Shown in pieces: positions 25,513 through 35,883 of a stretch of 55,228 bases of DNA. This DNA comes from Gaiellaceae bacterium (GTDB lineage: Bacteria; Actinomycetota; Thermoleophilia; Gaiellales; Gaiellaceae): NCBI GenBank assembly GCA_039583515.1, contig JAVKST010000001.1:1-55228 (forward strand), in the 5' to 3' direction. Each line of letters starts with the position of its first letter. The first letter of the stretch is position 1. The translations under genes and the position numbers were made by a program. The notes beneath the pieces were generated by a model, which had not been told where the DNA came from, did no database searches, and saw nothing but the letters and a program-made list of their open reading frames with translations.

Positions 25513-26535
25513 CTACTGCAGGCGTTCCGCGAGGTAGCGGATCGCACCGGGGTAGCGGTACTCGATGCCGCCGTGGCCCGCCTCGAACAGCTCGAAGAAG
25601 ACGTCCGTGATCCCGAGCGCCTCGAGCTCTCGCCGGAATGCCTCGGCGCCGAGGTCGAGGAAGAACTCGTCCTTCTTGCCGGCGTCGATGTAGATCGCGC
25701 GCAGGCTCCGCAGTGCGTCGGCGTGCTTCGGCGCCATCCGTACCGGATCCCACGCGAGCCAGCGCTCCCAGACGTCGTCGCGGAGCATGCCGGTATCGAC
25801 GTCGAACGGCAGCTCGACCGAGCCGTCGTCGTTGGCGGAGTAGCAGGCGGCCATCGCGTACGTGTTGAGCAGCACGTGGTCGGTGCCGCGCGTGAACGCC
25901 GGACGCGGGCGGAAGTCCTCCCAGAACCGCTCGTACGAGCCGTCGTAGGAGTCGCGGAGCGCGCGCACCGCGTCTCCGATCTCCCGGAGGTAGCAGAGCT
26001 CGAAGAGCGCGTCGCCCGCATGCGTCGCGAGCCCGCCGAACAGGTCGGGCCGCTGCATCGGCGTGACCATCGCCCCGTAGCCGCCGCTCGACTTGCCGCT
26101 GATGCCGCGGTGGGCCGGCCCGGCGAGGGTGCGGTAGCTCGCGTCGACGAAGGGCACGACCTCCTCGCAGATGTAGCTGTGGTAGCGGCCGGTCCCCGGC
26201 GAGTCGATGAACTGCGAGCCGCCGTAGGACGTCCACGCGTCGACGAACACGACGAGCGCCGGCGGGCAGCCGTCCTCGGCGAACAGGCGGTCGACGAGCT
26301 CCGGGACGTTGGGCCGGAAGGCGGTCCGGTTCCGCCACATGTCGATCTGGCCCGTCAACCCCTGGATCAGGTAGACGGAGGGGAAGCGGCGGTCGCCTTC
26401 GGCGTCGTACGTGGGCGGGACGTAGACCCAGAGCGGCCGGACGTGCGGGTCGCCGAGCGGATTGTCGCGCAGCAGCTCGCTCTCGAGCGCGTGCTCCTCG
26501 ACCCGGCCGACAAGCTCGCGCGACCAGGGCTCCAT
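25513..26535 (-). CDS. alpha/beta hydrolase, putative esterase family (esterase D / enterochelin esterase-like)
   Basis: 340 aa. Motifs [20 protein letters not shown] and the nucleophile elbow GKSSGGYGA. Confidence 0.7.
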   Translation of the reverse strand: MEPWSRELVGRVEEHALESELLRDNPLGDPHVRPLWVYVPPTYDAEGDRRFPSVYLIQGLTGQIDMWRNRTAFRPNVPELVDRLFAEDGCPPALVVFVDAWTSYGGSQFIDSPGTGRYHSYICEEVVPFVDASYRTLAGPAHRGISGKSSGGYGAMVTPMQRPDLFGGLATHAGDALFELCYLREIGDAVRALRDSYDGSYERFWEDFRPRPAFTRGTDHVLLNTYAMAACYSANDDGSVELPFDVDTGMLRDDVWERWLAWDPVRMAPKHADALRSLRAIYIDAGKKDEFFLDLGAEAFRRELEALGITDVFFELFEAGHGGIEYRYPGAIRYLAERLQ

Positions 26536-26586
26536 AGGCCGGTTCTATCAGGCTGCGGCCGCGCGAGGCCCGGCTACACTCAACGC

Positions 26587-27471
26587 ATGGCCGAGTACGG
26601 GACGATGCGCGTGAAGAGCGGCCTCGCCGAGATGCTCAAGGGCGGGGTGATCATGGATGTGGTCGACGCCGAGCAGGCGCGGATCGCCGAGGCGTCGGGG
26701 GCCGTCGCCGTGATGGCGCTCGAGCGGGTCCCCGCCGACATCCGGCGCGACGGCGGCGTGGCGCGCATGTCCGACCCGGAGAAGATCCGCGAGATCCAGG
26801 AGGCCGTCTCGATCCCGGTGATGGCGAAGTGCCGCATCGGCCACTTCGCCGAGGCGCAGATCCTCCAGGCGCTCGAGATCGACTACATCGACGAGTCCGA
26901 GGTGCTGACGCCGGCCGACCTCGAGCACCACGTAGACAAGTGGCAGTTCACCGTCCCGTTCGTCTGCGGCGCGACGAACCTCGGCGAGGCGTTGCGGCGC
27001 ATCGCGGAGGGCGCGGCGATGATCCGCACGAAGGGCGAGGCCGGCACCGGGGACATCGTCAACGCGGTCACGCACATGCGCGCCGTCTTCGGCCACATCC
27101 GCAGGCTCGGCGCGCTGCGCGACGAGGAGCTGTACGCCGAGGCGAAGGAGCTGCGCGCGCCGTACGAGCTCGTGAAGTGGGTGGCGGAGAACGGGAAGCT
27201 GCCGGTCGTGACCTTCACCGCGGGCGGGATCGCGACGCCGGCCGACGCGTCCCTCTGCATGCAACTCGGCGCCGACGGCGTCTTCGTCGGCTCCGGGATC
27301 TTCAAGTCGGGCGACCCCGAGCGGCGCGCGAAGGCGATCGTCGAGGCGACGACGCACTACGGAGACCCGGAGATCCTCGCGCGCGTGAGCGCGGGCCTCG
27401 GCGAGCCGATGGTCGGCATCTCGACGGCATCGCTCGATCCGAGCGAGCTGCTCGAGACGCGCGGCTGGTAG
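26587..27471 (+). CDS. pdxS: pyridoxal 5'-phosphate synthase lyase subunit
   Basis: Near-invariant PdxS sequence: [15 protein letters not shown]...[46 protein letters not shown], and TKGEAGTG. Confidence 0.97.
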   Translation: MAEYGTMRVKSGLAEMLKGGVIMDVVDAEQARIAEASGAVAVMALERVPADIRRDGGVARMSDPEKIREIQEAVSIPVMAKCRIGHFAEAQILQALEIDYIDESEVLTPADLEHHVDKWQFTVPFVCGATNLGEALRRIAEGAAMIRTKGEAGTGDIVNAVTHMRAVFGHIRRLGALRDEELYAEAKELRAPYELVKWVAENGKLPVVTFTAGGIATPADASLCMQLGADGVFVGSGIFKSGDPERRAKAIVEATTHYGDPEILARVSAGLGEPMVGISTASLDPSELLETRGW

Positions 27472-27704
27472 GGCTCGGCCATCTGGAGCACGTCGTCGCG
27501 AGGAGCGGGCTGGACGGGGTATGGCCCGTTGACCAAGGCGCCGATCCCCTCGGCAAACCCTGACGTTCGGGTTCAGGCCCGGCCGGCGATCGTCACCTTC
27601 GCGGTCCTCGGCTTCCTCTACGTCGCCCTCGGCATCCGGTCGAGCCGCGCCGGGCCGCGCGAGGCTTCCGGGCACCCGAATAGGCCTCGTTACCATCCGG
27701 GGCG

Positions 27705-28271
27705 ATGGAGAAGCCGCTCAGGATCGGCGTCCTCGCCGTGCAAGGGAACTTCCGCGAGCACGCGGCGGTGCTGCGGCGGCTCGGCGCGGAGCCGGTCGAG
27801 GTTCGCCTGCCGGAGCAGCTCGACGGCCTGGACGCGCTCATCATCCCCGGCGGGGAATCCACGGCGATCATGCGCCTGATGCGGCTCTACGGCCTCGACG
27901 AGGCGGTGCGCGAGTTCCAGGCGCCGATCTTCGGGACGTGCGCAGGGATGATCGTCCTCGACCGCGACCACCTCGGCGTCGGCGACTTCCGGGCACGGCG
28001 TAACGCGTTCGGCCGCCAGGTGCAGAGCTTCGAGGCAGACCTCGACGTCGGCGACGGCGACGAGCCCGTGCGCGCCGTCTTCATCCGCGCGCCGTGGCTC
28101 GAGGAGCCGGGGCCGGACGTCGAGGTGCTCGCGGAGGTCGAGGGCCATCCGGTGCTGGCGCGCGAGGGACGGCTGCTCGTGGCGGCCTTCCACCCGGAGC
28201 TGACCGACGACACCCGCATCCACGAGGGGTTCCTGAACCTCGTGAGGGAGGAGCAACGTGTCCGGGCATAG
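27705..28271 (+). CDS. pdxT: pyridoxal 5'-phosphate synthase glutaminase subunit
   Basis: [30 protein letters not shown] (nucleophile Cys), FHPELT. Confidence 0.93.
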   Translation: MEKPLRIGVLAVQGNFREHAAVLRRLGAEPVEVRLPEQLDGLDALIIPGGESTAIMRLMRLYGLDEAVREFQAPIFGTCAGMIVLDRDHLGVGDFRARRNAFGRQVQSFEADLDVGDGDEPVRAVFIRAPWLEEPGPDVEVLAEVEGHPVLAREGRLLVAAFHPELTDDTRIHEGFLNLVREEQRVRA

Positions 28272-29013
28272 CAAGTGGTCGTCGATCAAGCACAAGAAGG
28301 GCGCCGCCGACGCGAAGCGGGGGAAGCTCTTCTCGAAGCTGACGCGCGCGATCATCGTCGCGGCGAAGGAGGGCGGCCCAGACCCGGCCGGCAACCTCGC
28401 GCTCCAGAACGCGATCGAGAAGGCGCGGGCCAACTCGATGCCGAAGGACAACATCGACCGCGCGATCGCCAAGGGCGCAGGCACCGACGGCGGCGCGGAG
28501 CAGTACGAGACGGTCGTCTACGAGGGGTACGGCCCCGCGGGCGTGGCCGTGATCGTCGAGGCGCTCACCGACAACCGCAATCGAACGGCCGGCGAGGTGC
28601 GGCATACCTTCGCGAAGAACGACGGCAACCTCGGCACCTCCGGCGCGGTCGTGTGGCTGTTCGAGCGGCGTGGCGTCGTCCTCGTCCCGGCGGACGGCAC
28701 GGACGAGGACGAGCTGACGCTGGCGGCCGCCGAGGGAGGCGCCGACGACGTCTCGCTCGACGGCTCGAGCTTCGAGGTGCTGTGCGCCGCCGAGCAGCTC
28801 GCCGCCGTGCGAGAGGCCGTCTCCGCGGCGGGCTTCGAGATCGAGAGCGCCGAGCTGACGATGCTGCCGAAGACGACGGTCGCGGTCGAGGACGAGAGCG
28901 AGGCGAAGAAGATCCTCCGCCTGATCGACCAGCTCGAGGACTCGGACGACGTCCAGGACGTCTACGCGAACTTCGACATCCCCGAGCGCGTGCTCGAGGC
29001 CGTCGCCGGCTGA
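28258..29013 (+). CDS. yebC: YebC/PmpR-family DNA-binding transcriptional regulator
   Basis: [46 protein letters not shown]... is the invariant family N-terminus. Overlaps the pdxT end by 14 nt. Confidence 0.95.
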   Translation: MSGHSKWSSIKHKKGAADAKRGKLFSKLTRAIIVAAKEGGPDPAGNLALQNAIEKARANSMPKDNIDRAIAKGAGTDGGAEQYETVVYEGYGPAGVAVIVEALTDNRNRTAGEVRHTFAKNDGNLGTSGAVVWLFERRGVVLVPADGTDEDELTLAAAEGGADDVSLDGSSFEVLCAAEQLAAVREAVSAAGFEIESAELTMLPKTTVAVEDESEAKKILRLIDQLEDSDDVQDVYANFDIPERVLEAVAG

Positions 29014-29068
29014 GCAGATCCGAGCTGCAACGGCGGGAGCCGTCCGACCCGGTCTCTAGCCTCCGGCC

Positions 29069-29557
29069 GTGAAGGTCGTAGGCATCGACCCCGGGACGGC
29101 TGCTTGCGGGTACGGGATCGTCCACGAAAGCGGAGGGCGCCTCAGGGGCATAGCCCACGGGTGCTGGTCCACCCCGGCCGGGGAGGACCCGGCGCTTCGC
29201 CTGAAGACGATCTACGACGGCGTGGCGGCGCTCATCGCCGAGCACGCGCCGGTTGCGGTGGCGCTCGAGGAGTCGTACGTCGGCGCAGACGCCCGTATCG
29301 CGCTCTCCGTCGGACAGGCGCGCGGCGCCGTGCTCGTCGCGGCCGCCAACGCGGGAGTCGAGTGCGCCGAGTACGCGCCGGCGCGTGTGAAGCAGGCTGT
29401 CTGCGGTTACGGCCGGGCGGAGAAGGCGCAGGTGCAGCGGATGGTGAAGGCGATCCTCGCCCTGCCGGAGATCCCGACGCCGAACCACGCAGCCGACGCG
29501 CTCGCCGTCGCGATCTGCCACGCGCTCGCGCCGCCGCTGCTACGCCTGACGGGATAG
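29069..29557 (+). CDS. ruvC: crossover junction endodeoxyribonuclease RuvC
   Basis: VVGIDPGTAACGYGIV, VALEESYVG, KQAVCGYGRAEKAQVQ, PNHAADALAVAICH. Confidence 0.93.
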   Translation: MKVVGIDPGTAACGYGIVHESGGRLRGIAHGCWSTPAGEDPALRLKTIYDGVAALIAEHAPVAVALEESYVGADARIALSVGQARGAVLVAAANAGVECAEYAPARVKQAVCGYGRAEKAQVQRMVKAILALPEIPTPNHAADALAVAICHALAPPLLRLTG

Positions 29558-29591
29558 CGGGAACGTCCGTTCCCCTGCGTAACCTCGTGCC

Positions 29592-30158
29592 GTGATCGCG
29601 CGCCTGCGAGGGACGCCCGCCGCCTCGACGCCGGAAGGGCTCGTGCTCGACGTCAACGGCGTCGGCTACCTCGTGCACGCCACGCCGAGCGTCCTGCGCA
29701 AGGGTGAGGGGGGCGGCGAGCTGGCGGTCGAGACGTACCTGCACGTCCGGGAGGACGCGCTTCAGCTCTACGGCTTCGCCGACCGCACGGAGCGGGAGCT
29801 GTTCGTCCAGCTGCTCACGGTGAGCGGGATCGGCCCGAAGGTCGCGCTCGCGGTCGTCTCCGGCTCGCCGGTCGACGAGCTGCGGCGCGCGGTCGCTCGC
29901 GGCGACTCGGCGCGGTTCCAGGCGATACCCGGCATCGGCAAGAAGACGGCCGAACGGATCGTCCTGGAGCTGAAGGAGAAGCTCGCAGTCGGCGTTCCCG
30001 TCGCCGCGGCGCCTTCGGGCGACGCGCACGTCGTCGCGCGGGACGCGCTCGTCGAGCTCGGCTGGTCGCTGCTCGAGGCGGAGCAGGCGCTCGCCGCGGT
30101 CGACGAGGCGCTGCCGCCGGAGGAGCGCGTGCGCCTCGCGTTGAAGAGGGCGGCATGA
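29592..30158 (+). CDS. ruvA: Holliday junction branch migration complex subunit RuvA
   Basis: MIARLRG...[59 protein letters not shown]. Confidence 0.93.
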   Translation: MIARLRGTPAASTPEGLVLDVNGVGYLVHATPSVLRKGEGGGELAVETYLHVREDALQLYGFADRTERELFVQLLTVSGIGPKVALAVVSGSPVDELRRAVARGDSARFQAIPGIGKKTAERIVLELKEKLAVGVPVAAAPSGDAHVVARDALVELGWSLLEAEQALAAVDEALPPEERVRLALKRAA

Positions 30159-31177
30159 CGATGCAGTTCCTCGCTCCGGATCTGCGCGACGAGGACGAGG
30201 AGGTCGAGCGCAGCCTGCGGCCGCGCCGGCTCGACGACTTCGTCGGACAGGCGCGGGTCAAGGAGCAGCTCGCGATCGCGCTCGATGCGGCGAAGGGCCG
30301 CGGCGAGGCGCTCGACCACGTCCTTCTCGTCGGCCCGCCGGGCCTCGGCAAGACGAGCCTCGCCCATATCGTCCGCGAGGAGCTCGGCGTCGGCATCCGC
30401 TCCGTCGCCGGGCCCGCGCTCGAGCGCAAGGACGTGGCCGCGATCCTCACGGCGGTCGAGCCACGCGACGTCGTCTTCGTCGACGAGATCCACCGGCTGA
30501 GCCGGGCCGCCGAGGAGATCCTCTACCCGGCTCTCGAGGACTTCCGGCTCGACATCGTCATGGGCCAGGGAACCGCCGCGCGCACGCTCACCCTCGACTT
30601 GCCGCCGTTCACGCTCGTCGGCGCGACCACCCGGACGGGGCTGCTCACCTCGCCGCTGCGCGACCGCTTCGGCATGACCTTCCGGCTCGACTACTACGAG
30701 TACGGCGAGCTGGCGGCGATCGTCGTCCGCTCGGCGCGGATCCTCGGCGTCGAGATCGCCGGCGACGCGGCGGATGAGATCGCCGGCCGCGCCCGCGGGA
30801 CGCCGCGGATCGCGAACCGCATCCTCCGGCGGGTGCGCGACGTCGCCGAGGTGCGCCACGAGGGCTCGATCACGACCGCGATCGCCCGGGAGGCGCTCGA
30901 GCTGCTCGAGGTCGACGAGGCCGGCCTGGAGAAGCTCGACCGCGACCTCCTGCGCGCGATCGCCGACAAGTACGACGGCGGCCCCGTCGGCTTGAACACG
31001 CTCGCTGCGTCGCTCGGCGAGGAGCCGGACACGATCGAGTACGTGTACGAGCCATTCCTGCTGCAGCTCGGCTTCCTCCAGCGGACTCCGCGCGGGCGGA
31101 CGATTACCGCGCTCGGTCGCGCGCACCTCGGGGCTGCGCCCGCGGCCGACGACGAGAGGGGCGCGCGCCTCTTCTAG
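30155..31177 (+). CDS. ruvB: Holliday junction DNA helicase RuvB
   Basis: ATGA overlap with ruvA. Motifs [50 protein letters not shown] and [16 protein letters not shown]. Confidence 0.97.
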   Translation: MTMQFLAPDLRDEDEEVERSLRPRRLDDFVGQARVKEQLAIALDAAKGRGEALDHVLLVGPPGLGKTSLAHIVREELGVGIRSVAGPALERKDVAAILTAVEPRDVVFVDEIHRLSRAAEEILYPALEDFRLDIVMGQGTAARTLTLDLPPFTLVGATTRTGLLTSPLRDRFGMTFRLDYYEYGELAAIVVRSARILGVEIAGDAADEIAGRARGTPRIANRILRRVRDVAEVRHEGSITTAIAREALELLEVDEAGLEKLDRDLLRAIADKYDGGPVGLNTLAASLGEEPDTIEYVYEPFLLQLGFLQRTPRGRTITALGRAHLGAAPAADDERGARLF

Positions 31178-31207
31178 CTCGGCCAGCTCCGAAACGTCGA
31201 GCCGCTG

Positions 31208-31951
31208 CTACACGCCACCTGCACGCACGAGGTCGACGCGAGCCTCCCGCTCACCGCGGGTGTCGAGCGGCTCGCGGCGATCGGGGGTGTGGATGCGAGC
31301 TGGGGCGGAGACGAGCCACGGCGCGACGAGCAGCGCCATCACGTCGAACCACACGTAGCCGCTGGCGACGCCGCTCGGCGGGTTCCCGTCCGGGATGCCG
31401 AGTCCCGGCAGATCGCGGGCCCAGCGCCACGTCCCGATCGAGGTGCCGTACAGCTCGAGCGCAGCCACCACGAGGAAGACGCCGGCGTACGTCGCGCGCC
31501 AGCGGGAACGCCAGAGGAAGACGAGCAGCAGCGGCACGCCGAGCGCGCCGGCGATGTCGAGTCGCGGCAAGACCGTCAGTCCCGCGATTCCCCACGCGGC
31601 GGAGATCGTCGCCGCCGCCCACACGAGCGGCCGCTCGCGGACGAAGCGGCTCAGCGCGAGGCCGCTCAGGTAGACGAGGCCGTGCGCAGGCGGGATGAAG
31701 AGCGGCAGGTTATGGAGCCGGTAGCGGTAGACGCCCCAGACGAGCGACCCCGTCGCCTCGCCGACCGTGGCGAACAGGACGACGCCGACGGCCTGGGCGC
31801 GGACGAGCGCGGGCAGCGGACGCAGCGCGGCCGCGAGCACGAGCCAGGTGACGGCGCCGAGCACGAGCTGACCGTCCAGCGACACCTGCGTGTCGACCGC
31901 GAGCAGCGCCGCGAGGTACGCCGGCAGCGCCACGTACCGGCCTACGCTCAC
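31208..31951 (-). CDS. hypothetical polytopic membrane protein
   Basis: 247 aa with about 6-7 hydrophobic helices and high GC3. 4-nt overlap with the upstream ORF. No family recognised. Confidence 0.6.
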   Translation of the reverse strand: MSVGRYVALPAYLAALLAVDTQVSLDGQLVLGAVTWLVLAAALRPLPALVRAQAVGVVLFATVGEATGSLVWGVYRYRLHNLPLFIPPAHGLVYLSGLALSRFVRERPLVWAAATISAAWGIAGLTVLPRLDIAGALGVPLLLVFLWRSRWRATYAGVFLVVAALELYGTSIGTWRWARDLPGLGIPDGNPPSGVASGYVWFDVMALLVAPWLVSAPARIHTPDRREPLDTRGEREARVDLVRAGGV

Positions 31952-32445
31952 CGGCGGTACTGGAGCTCGTGCCAGCTCGGCGTGGGGAGGAGCTCGAGCA
32001 GCGCGCGGCCGCCGCTAGTGTCGGCGTACGTGAACTCCTGCCGCTCCTCGTCCCATCCGACCTCGAGCAGCCCTTCCTTCACGCGGTGGTCGAGCCAGGC
32101 GCCGCGGAAGACGAGCTTCTTCAGCCAGTAGACGAGCGATTCGCCCCCGACGAGGGCGACCGCGTCCCAGTGGCGCACGACGTACTCGCCGAGCGCGCTT
32201 CTGGGCAGCTCGATCCCGTCGCGCTCGACGAGCTCGACGAGATCCGAGGTCTCGTCCTCGTCCAGCTCCGGGTCGGCGACGAGCCCCAGCTTCACGGCCG
32301 CGGCCGTGACTCGCTGCTCGAAGTCGACGGTGCTGAAGGAGAAGTGGTAGCCGAGGAACTCGACGACGTAGTCGTCGCCCGAGCGATAGTTCGCGGCCGC
32401 ATCCACGGAGAAATCGTACCCTGGTGCCGTGCGCGTACTCCGCAT
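31948..32445 (-). CDS. hypothetical acidic cytoplasmic protein
   Basis: 165 aa with high GC3. Translationally coupled to the downstream membrane protein. No family recognised. Confidence 0.55.
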   Translation of the reverse strand: MRSTRTAPGYDFSVDAAANYRSGDDYVVEFLGYHFSFSTVDFEQRVTAAAVKLGLVADPELDEDETSDLVELVERDGIELPRSALGEYVVRHWDAVALVGGESLVYWLKKLVFRGAWLDHRVKEGLLEVGWDEERQEFTYADTSGGRALLELLPTPSWHELQYRR

Positions 32446-32716
32446 TCCGGCGGCGGTCGCAGTGGTGCTCGCGCTCGTCGCCCTGACCGCCTGGGTGATG
32501 GCGTGGCCGCTCGAGAAGGCGATCTACCTGGCGCCCGTGATCGTCGTCGGTTTCGCGGCGCTGGCCGCTCTCGTCCTCCTCTGGGCGAAGGTGGCGTGGC
32601 AGCAGCTGCGCGAGGCGCGCCGGCCGCGTCTCGTGCTCGGGCTCTGGCTACTGGGGATCGGGCTGCTCGTGCTTCTCACCTTCCTCGGCGTCAAACTCCC
32701 GAACGAGGGCGGCTAG
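32429..32716 (+). CDS. hypothetical small membrane protein (95 aa, 3 TM)
   Basis: GTG start and high GC3. Three hydrophobic helices (AAVAVVLALVALTAWVMAW, LAPVIVVGFAALAALVLLWA, LGLWLLGIGLLVLLTFLGV). Confidence 0.55.
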   Translation: MRVLRIPAAVAVVLALVALTAWVMAWPLEKAIYLAPVIVVGFAALAALVLLWAKVAWQQLREARRPRLVLGLWLLGIGLLVLLTFLGVKLPNEGG

Positions 32717-33823
32717 CAGCCGCTCGACCTCTTCCGTCGTCGTGTACGCGGCGATCGAGACGCGCAGGCGCGAGTCGGCCGGACGCATCGTCGGCACCTC
32801 GACGCGGTGCTCCCGGAACAGCCGCTCGGAGAGCGTCGGCGCCGGCCGGGGCAGCACGACGGTGGCCATCTGGCCGAGCATCTTCTCGGGGGCGAGCGGC
32901 TCCGTCCCGAGCAGCTCGCAAAGCGCGCGGCGCGCTTCGCAGACGAGCTCGTGGCAGCGGGCTCGGACGCCGTCCCAGTCGCATTCGGCCTGGTAGCGGA
33001 TCGCGTCGGGAACGGCGAGCCAGGCGGAGCAGTCGCGCGTCCCCTGCCGCTCGATCCGCTCGCTGAACGTGCTGCCGGGCTCGTAGCCCCAGCTGGCGAT
33101 CGGCGCGTCGACCCGCTCCTGCCACTCGGGCCGCACGTGCAGGAAGCCCGCGCCCTTGGGCGAGCACAGCCATTTGTGGCAGTTGCCGGAGTAGAAATCG
33201 GCGCCGAGCCGGTCGACGTGCAGCGCGACGTGCGCGGGCGCGTGCGCTCCGTCGACGATCGTCGTCAAGCCGAGCCCGCAAGCCCGCGCGACGATCTCCT
33301 CGACCGGCAGCACGAGGGCTGCCTCCGAGGTGACGTGGCTGACGTAGACGACGCGAGTGCGGTCGGTCGCGGCCGCGAAGAGCGCCTCGAGGACCGTCGC
33401 CGGCCCTTCGATCGGCAGCGGAATCGCCGCCCGGACATAGCGCGCGCCGGTGCGGCGGCACAGCCATTCCCAGGCGAGGTCGCAGGCGCCGTACTCGAGG
33501 TCGGTGCTCAGCACCTCGTCGCCCGGTTGCAGCTCGAGCGCGCGGGCCGCGAGGTTGACGCCGGTCGTGGCGTTGGCGACGAACGCGAGGTCGGCGGGGG
33601 AGGCGCCGACGTAGTCGGCCAGCCCGGCGCGCGCCTCGGCCAGGAGGCCCGGCAGGCGGCGGGAGATGAAGTCGACGGGCTCGCGCTCGAGCTCCCGCTG
33701 CCAGTGCTGGTACCGCTCGAACACCGGCCGCGGGCACGCGCCGAAGGAGCCGTGGTTCAGGAACGCGACCTGCGGGTCGAGCAGGAAGTCGCGGCGGAGC
33801 TCGGCGGGAGCGGGAGCGGGCAT
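32648..33823 (-). CDS. class V aminotransferase-fold PLP enzyme (isopenicillin-N epimerase / cysteine desulfurase-like)
   Basis: FLNHGSFGACP, VSHVTSEAALVLP, DGAHAP, and SGNCHKWLCSPKGAGFL (PLP Lys). The 3' tail overlaps the convergent small membrane ORF by 69 nt. Confidence 0.8.
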   Translation of the reverse strand: MPAPAPAELRRDFLLDPQVAFLNHGSFGACPRPVFERYQHWQRELEREPVDFISRRLPGLLAEARAGLADYVGASPADLAFVANATTGVNLAARALELQPGDEVLSTDLEYGACDLAWEWLCRRTGARYVRAAIPLPIEGPATVLEALFAAATDRTRVVYVSHVTSEAALVLPVEEIVARACGLGLTTIVDGAHAPAHVALHVDRLGADFYSGNCHKWLCSPKGAGFLHVRPEWQERVDAPIASWGYEPGSTFSERIERQGTRDCSAWLAVPDAIRYQAECDWDGVRARCHELVCEARRALCELLGTEPLAPEKMLGQMATVVLPRPAPTLSERLFREHRVEVPTMRPADSRLRVSIAAYTTTEEVERLLAALVREFDAEEGEKHEQPDPQ

Positions 33824-34005
33824 CGGCTACCTCTTCTACTCCATCCCAAACCCCCACCCACCCGGGGAACCGCCAGCTTGCACCGGGACGCGTGGCGCAG
33901 GTGTCGCAGCTTCCGCGCGAGAGGCCGGAGATCGTTCAACAGCCGTCCGCTCCGGACGAGGGGTTGAACCAGCTCCGTCCGCCGCCGCCCGTAGCGTCAA
34001 TCGCC

Positions 34006-35883
34006 ATGGACGACGGCTCCTGGACGCTCGCCGACTGCCCGCCCGCCGCGCAGGCGGAGCTCGCGCGTGCCCTTGGGATCTCCGGCGTTACCGCCGCCGT
34101 CCTCGTCCGCCGCGGCTACGTCGAGCCCGACGACGCGCGCCGCTTCGTCTCCGGCGAGCAGCCCCCGCACGACCCGTTCCGCCTGGGCGCGATGGCGGAC
34201 GCCTGCGAGCGGATCCGGGCCGCCGTCGCGGCGGGCCGGCGTATCTGCGTCCACGGCGACTACGACGTGGACGGAATCGCGGCGACCGCCCTCGCCGTGC
34301 TCCTCCTGCGCCAGCTCGGCGCCGACGTGGCATGGCACCTGCCGAGCCGCTTCGACGAGGGCTACGGCGTCCGAGGCGAGACGCTCGCCCGCCTCGCCGA
34401 CGAGGGCTGCGGGCTCGTCCTCACCGTCGACTGCGGGATCACGGCCGTCGAGGAGGTCGGAGAGGCGCAGGCACGCGGGCTCGAGGTGATCGTCACCGAC
34501 CACCATCGTCCCGGGGACGCGCTTCCGGAATGTCCGGTCGTCGCGACGAGGCCGTCCGACTACCCGTTCCAGGAGCTGTGCGGCACCGGCGTCGTCTACA
34601 AGCTCGGACAGGCGTTGTTCGGTACCGAATCCGACATCCCGCGCCGCCACCTCGACCTCGTCGCCCTCGCGACCATCGCCGACGTCGTGCCGCTCGTCGA
34701 CGAGAACCGCTCCCTCGCGATCGGCGGCCTTCGCGCCCTGGCGCGAACGACGCGACCGGGCCTGCAGGCGCTCATGCGTGCGGCGGCCGTCGATCCCGCC
34801 ACGGTCGACGCCGGAGCGGTCGGATTCCGGCTGGCCCCCCGCATCAACGCCGCCGGCCGGCTCGGCCACCCTCGCGCGGCGCTCGAGCTTCTCCTGACGG
34901 AGGACGAAGCGGAGGCGCGCCGCCTCGCCGAGTCCCTCGAAGATCTGAACCGGGAGCGGCAGGCGGTCGAGGCGCGCATCCTGCGCGAGGCGATCGAACA
35001 GGTCGAGTCGTTGCCGGACGAGCAGCGCAGCCGCCGGGCCTACGCGCTCGCCGGCGCCGACTGGCACGAGGGAGTGATCGGCATCGTCGCCTCCCGCCTC
35101 GTGGAGCGCTACCACCGCCCGGTCGTGCTCATCGCCGGCACCGAGGGCGGCTGGAAGGGTTCGGGCCGGTCGATCGCAGCCTTCGACCTGCACGCCGCCC
35201 TCGGCGACTGCTCGGCCCTGCTCGAGCGCTGGGGCGGCCACCGTGCCGCCGCCGGCCTCTCGATCCGGCCGGAGAACGTCGAGGCCTTCGCAGACGCGTT
35301 CGCCCTCCACGCCGCCGGGGTGCTCGACGAGCACGATCTCGAGCCGCTGACGCCGATCGACGCCGTGGTCCCGCGCGGCACGCAGCTCTCGCTGGACCTC
35401 TGCAACGAGCTGGCCCAGCTCGCTCCGTTCGGGCTCGGAAACCCGTCCGTCACCCTCCTCGCCCCGGGTTGCCTCGTCACCGGACCCACCACCGTCGGCG
35501 ACGGCAAGCACCTCCGCTTCCGCGTCAGCCGCGACGGCACCGACGCAGGCAGCGCGATCGCATTCGGGCAAGGCTCGCGGCTCCGGTCGCTACGCGCCGA
35601 CGGCAGCTACGACGTCGCGTTTCGACTCGAGGAGAACCGCTGGAACGGAACCGTGGCGCCGCAGCTCGTCGTCCGGCGCATCTTCGCGACGGCGCCGCGC
35701 TACCTCGAGCTGCGCGCGTGGCTCGCACAGGAGTGGCGAAAGCCCGCCGCCGGCCGCGACCCCGAAGCGAGCGCGATCTTCGCCGAGCTCGAACTCGAGG
35801 ACGGCGCTCGGCGCGACCTGCTCGAGTCGCCGCGCTTTCGCGCGCTGCTCGCGGCCGGGCCGCCGCTCGCACGCGCCGCGTGA
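34006..35883 (+). CDS. recJ: single-stranded-DNA-specific exonuclease RecJ
   Basis: DHH motifs ICVHGDYDVDGIAATA, LTVDCGI and VIVTDHH. DHHA1 motif GGHRAAAG. The start is assigned to ATG 34006 (MDDGSWTLADCPP); the ORF track starts at 33892. Confidence 0.9.
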   Translation: MDDGSWTLADCPPAAQAELARALGISGVTAAVLVRRGYVEPDDARRFVSGEQPPHDPFRLGAMADACERIRAAVAAGRRICVHGDYDVDGIAATALAVLLLRQLGADVAWHLPSRFDEGYGVRGETLARLADEGCGLVLTVDCGITAVEEVGEAQARGLEVIVTDHHRPGDALPECPVVATRPSDYPFQELCGTGVVYKLGQALFGTESDIPRRHLDLVALATIADVVPLVDENRSLAIGGLRALARTTRPGLQALMRAAAVDPATVDAGAVGFRLAPRINAAGRLGHPRAALELLLTEDEAEARRLAESLEDLNRERQAVEARILREAIEQVESLPDEQRSRRAYALAGADWHEGVIGIVASRLVERYHRPVVLIAGTEGGWKGSGRSIAAFDLHAALGDCSALLERWGGHRAAAGLSIRPENVEAFADAFALHAAGVLDEHDLEPLTPIDAVVPRGTQLSLDLCNELAQLAPFGLGNPSVTLLAPGCLVTGPTTVGDGKHLRFRVSRDGTDAGSAIAFGQGSRLRSLRADGSYDVAFRLEENRWNGTVAPQLVVRRIFATAPRYLELRAWLAQEWRKPAAGRDPEASAIFAELELEDGARRDLLESPRFRALLAAGPPLARAA

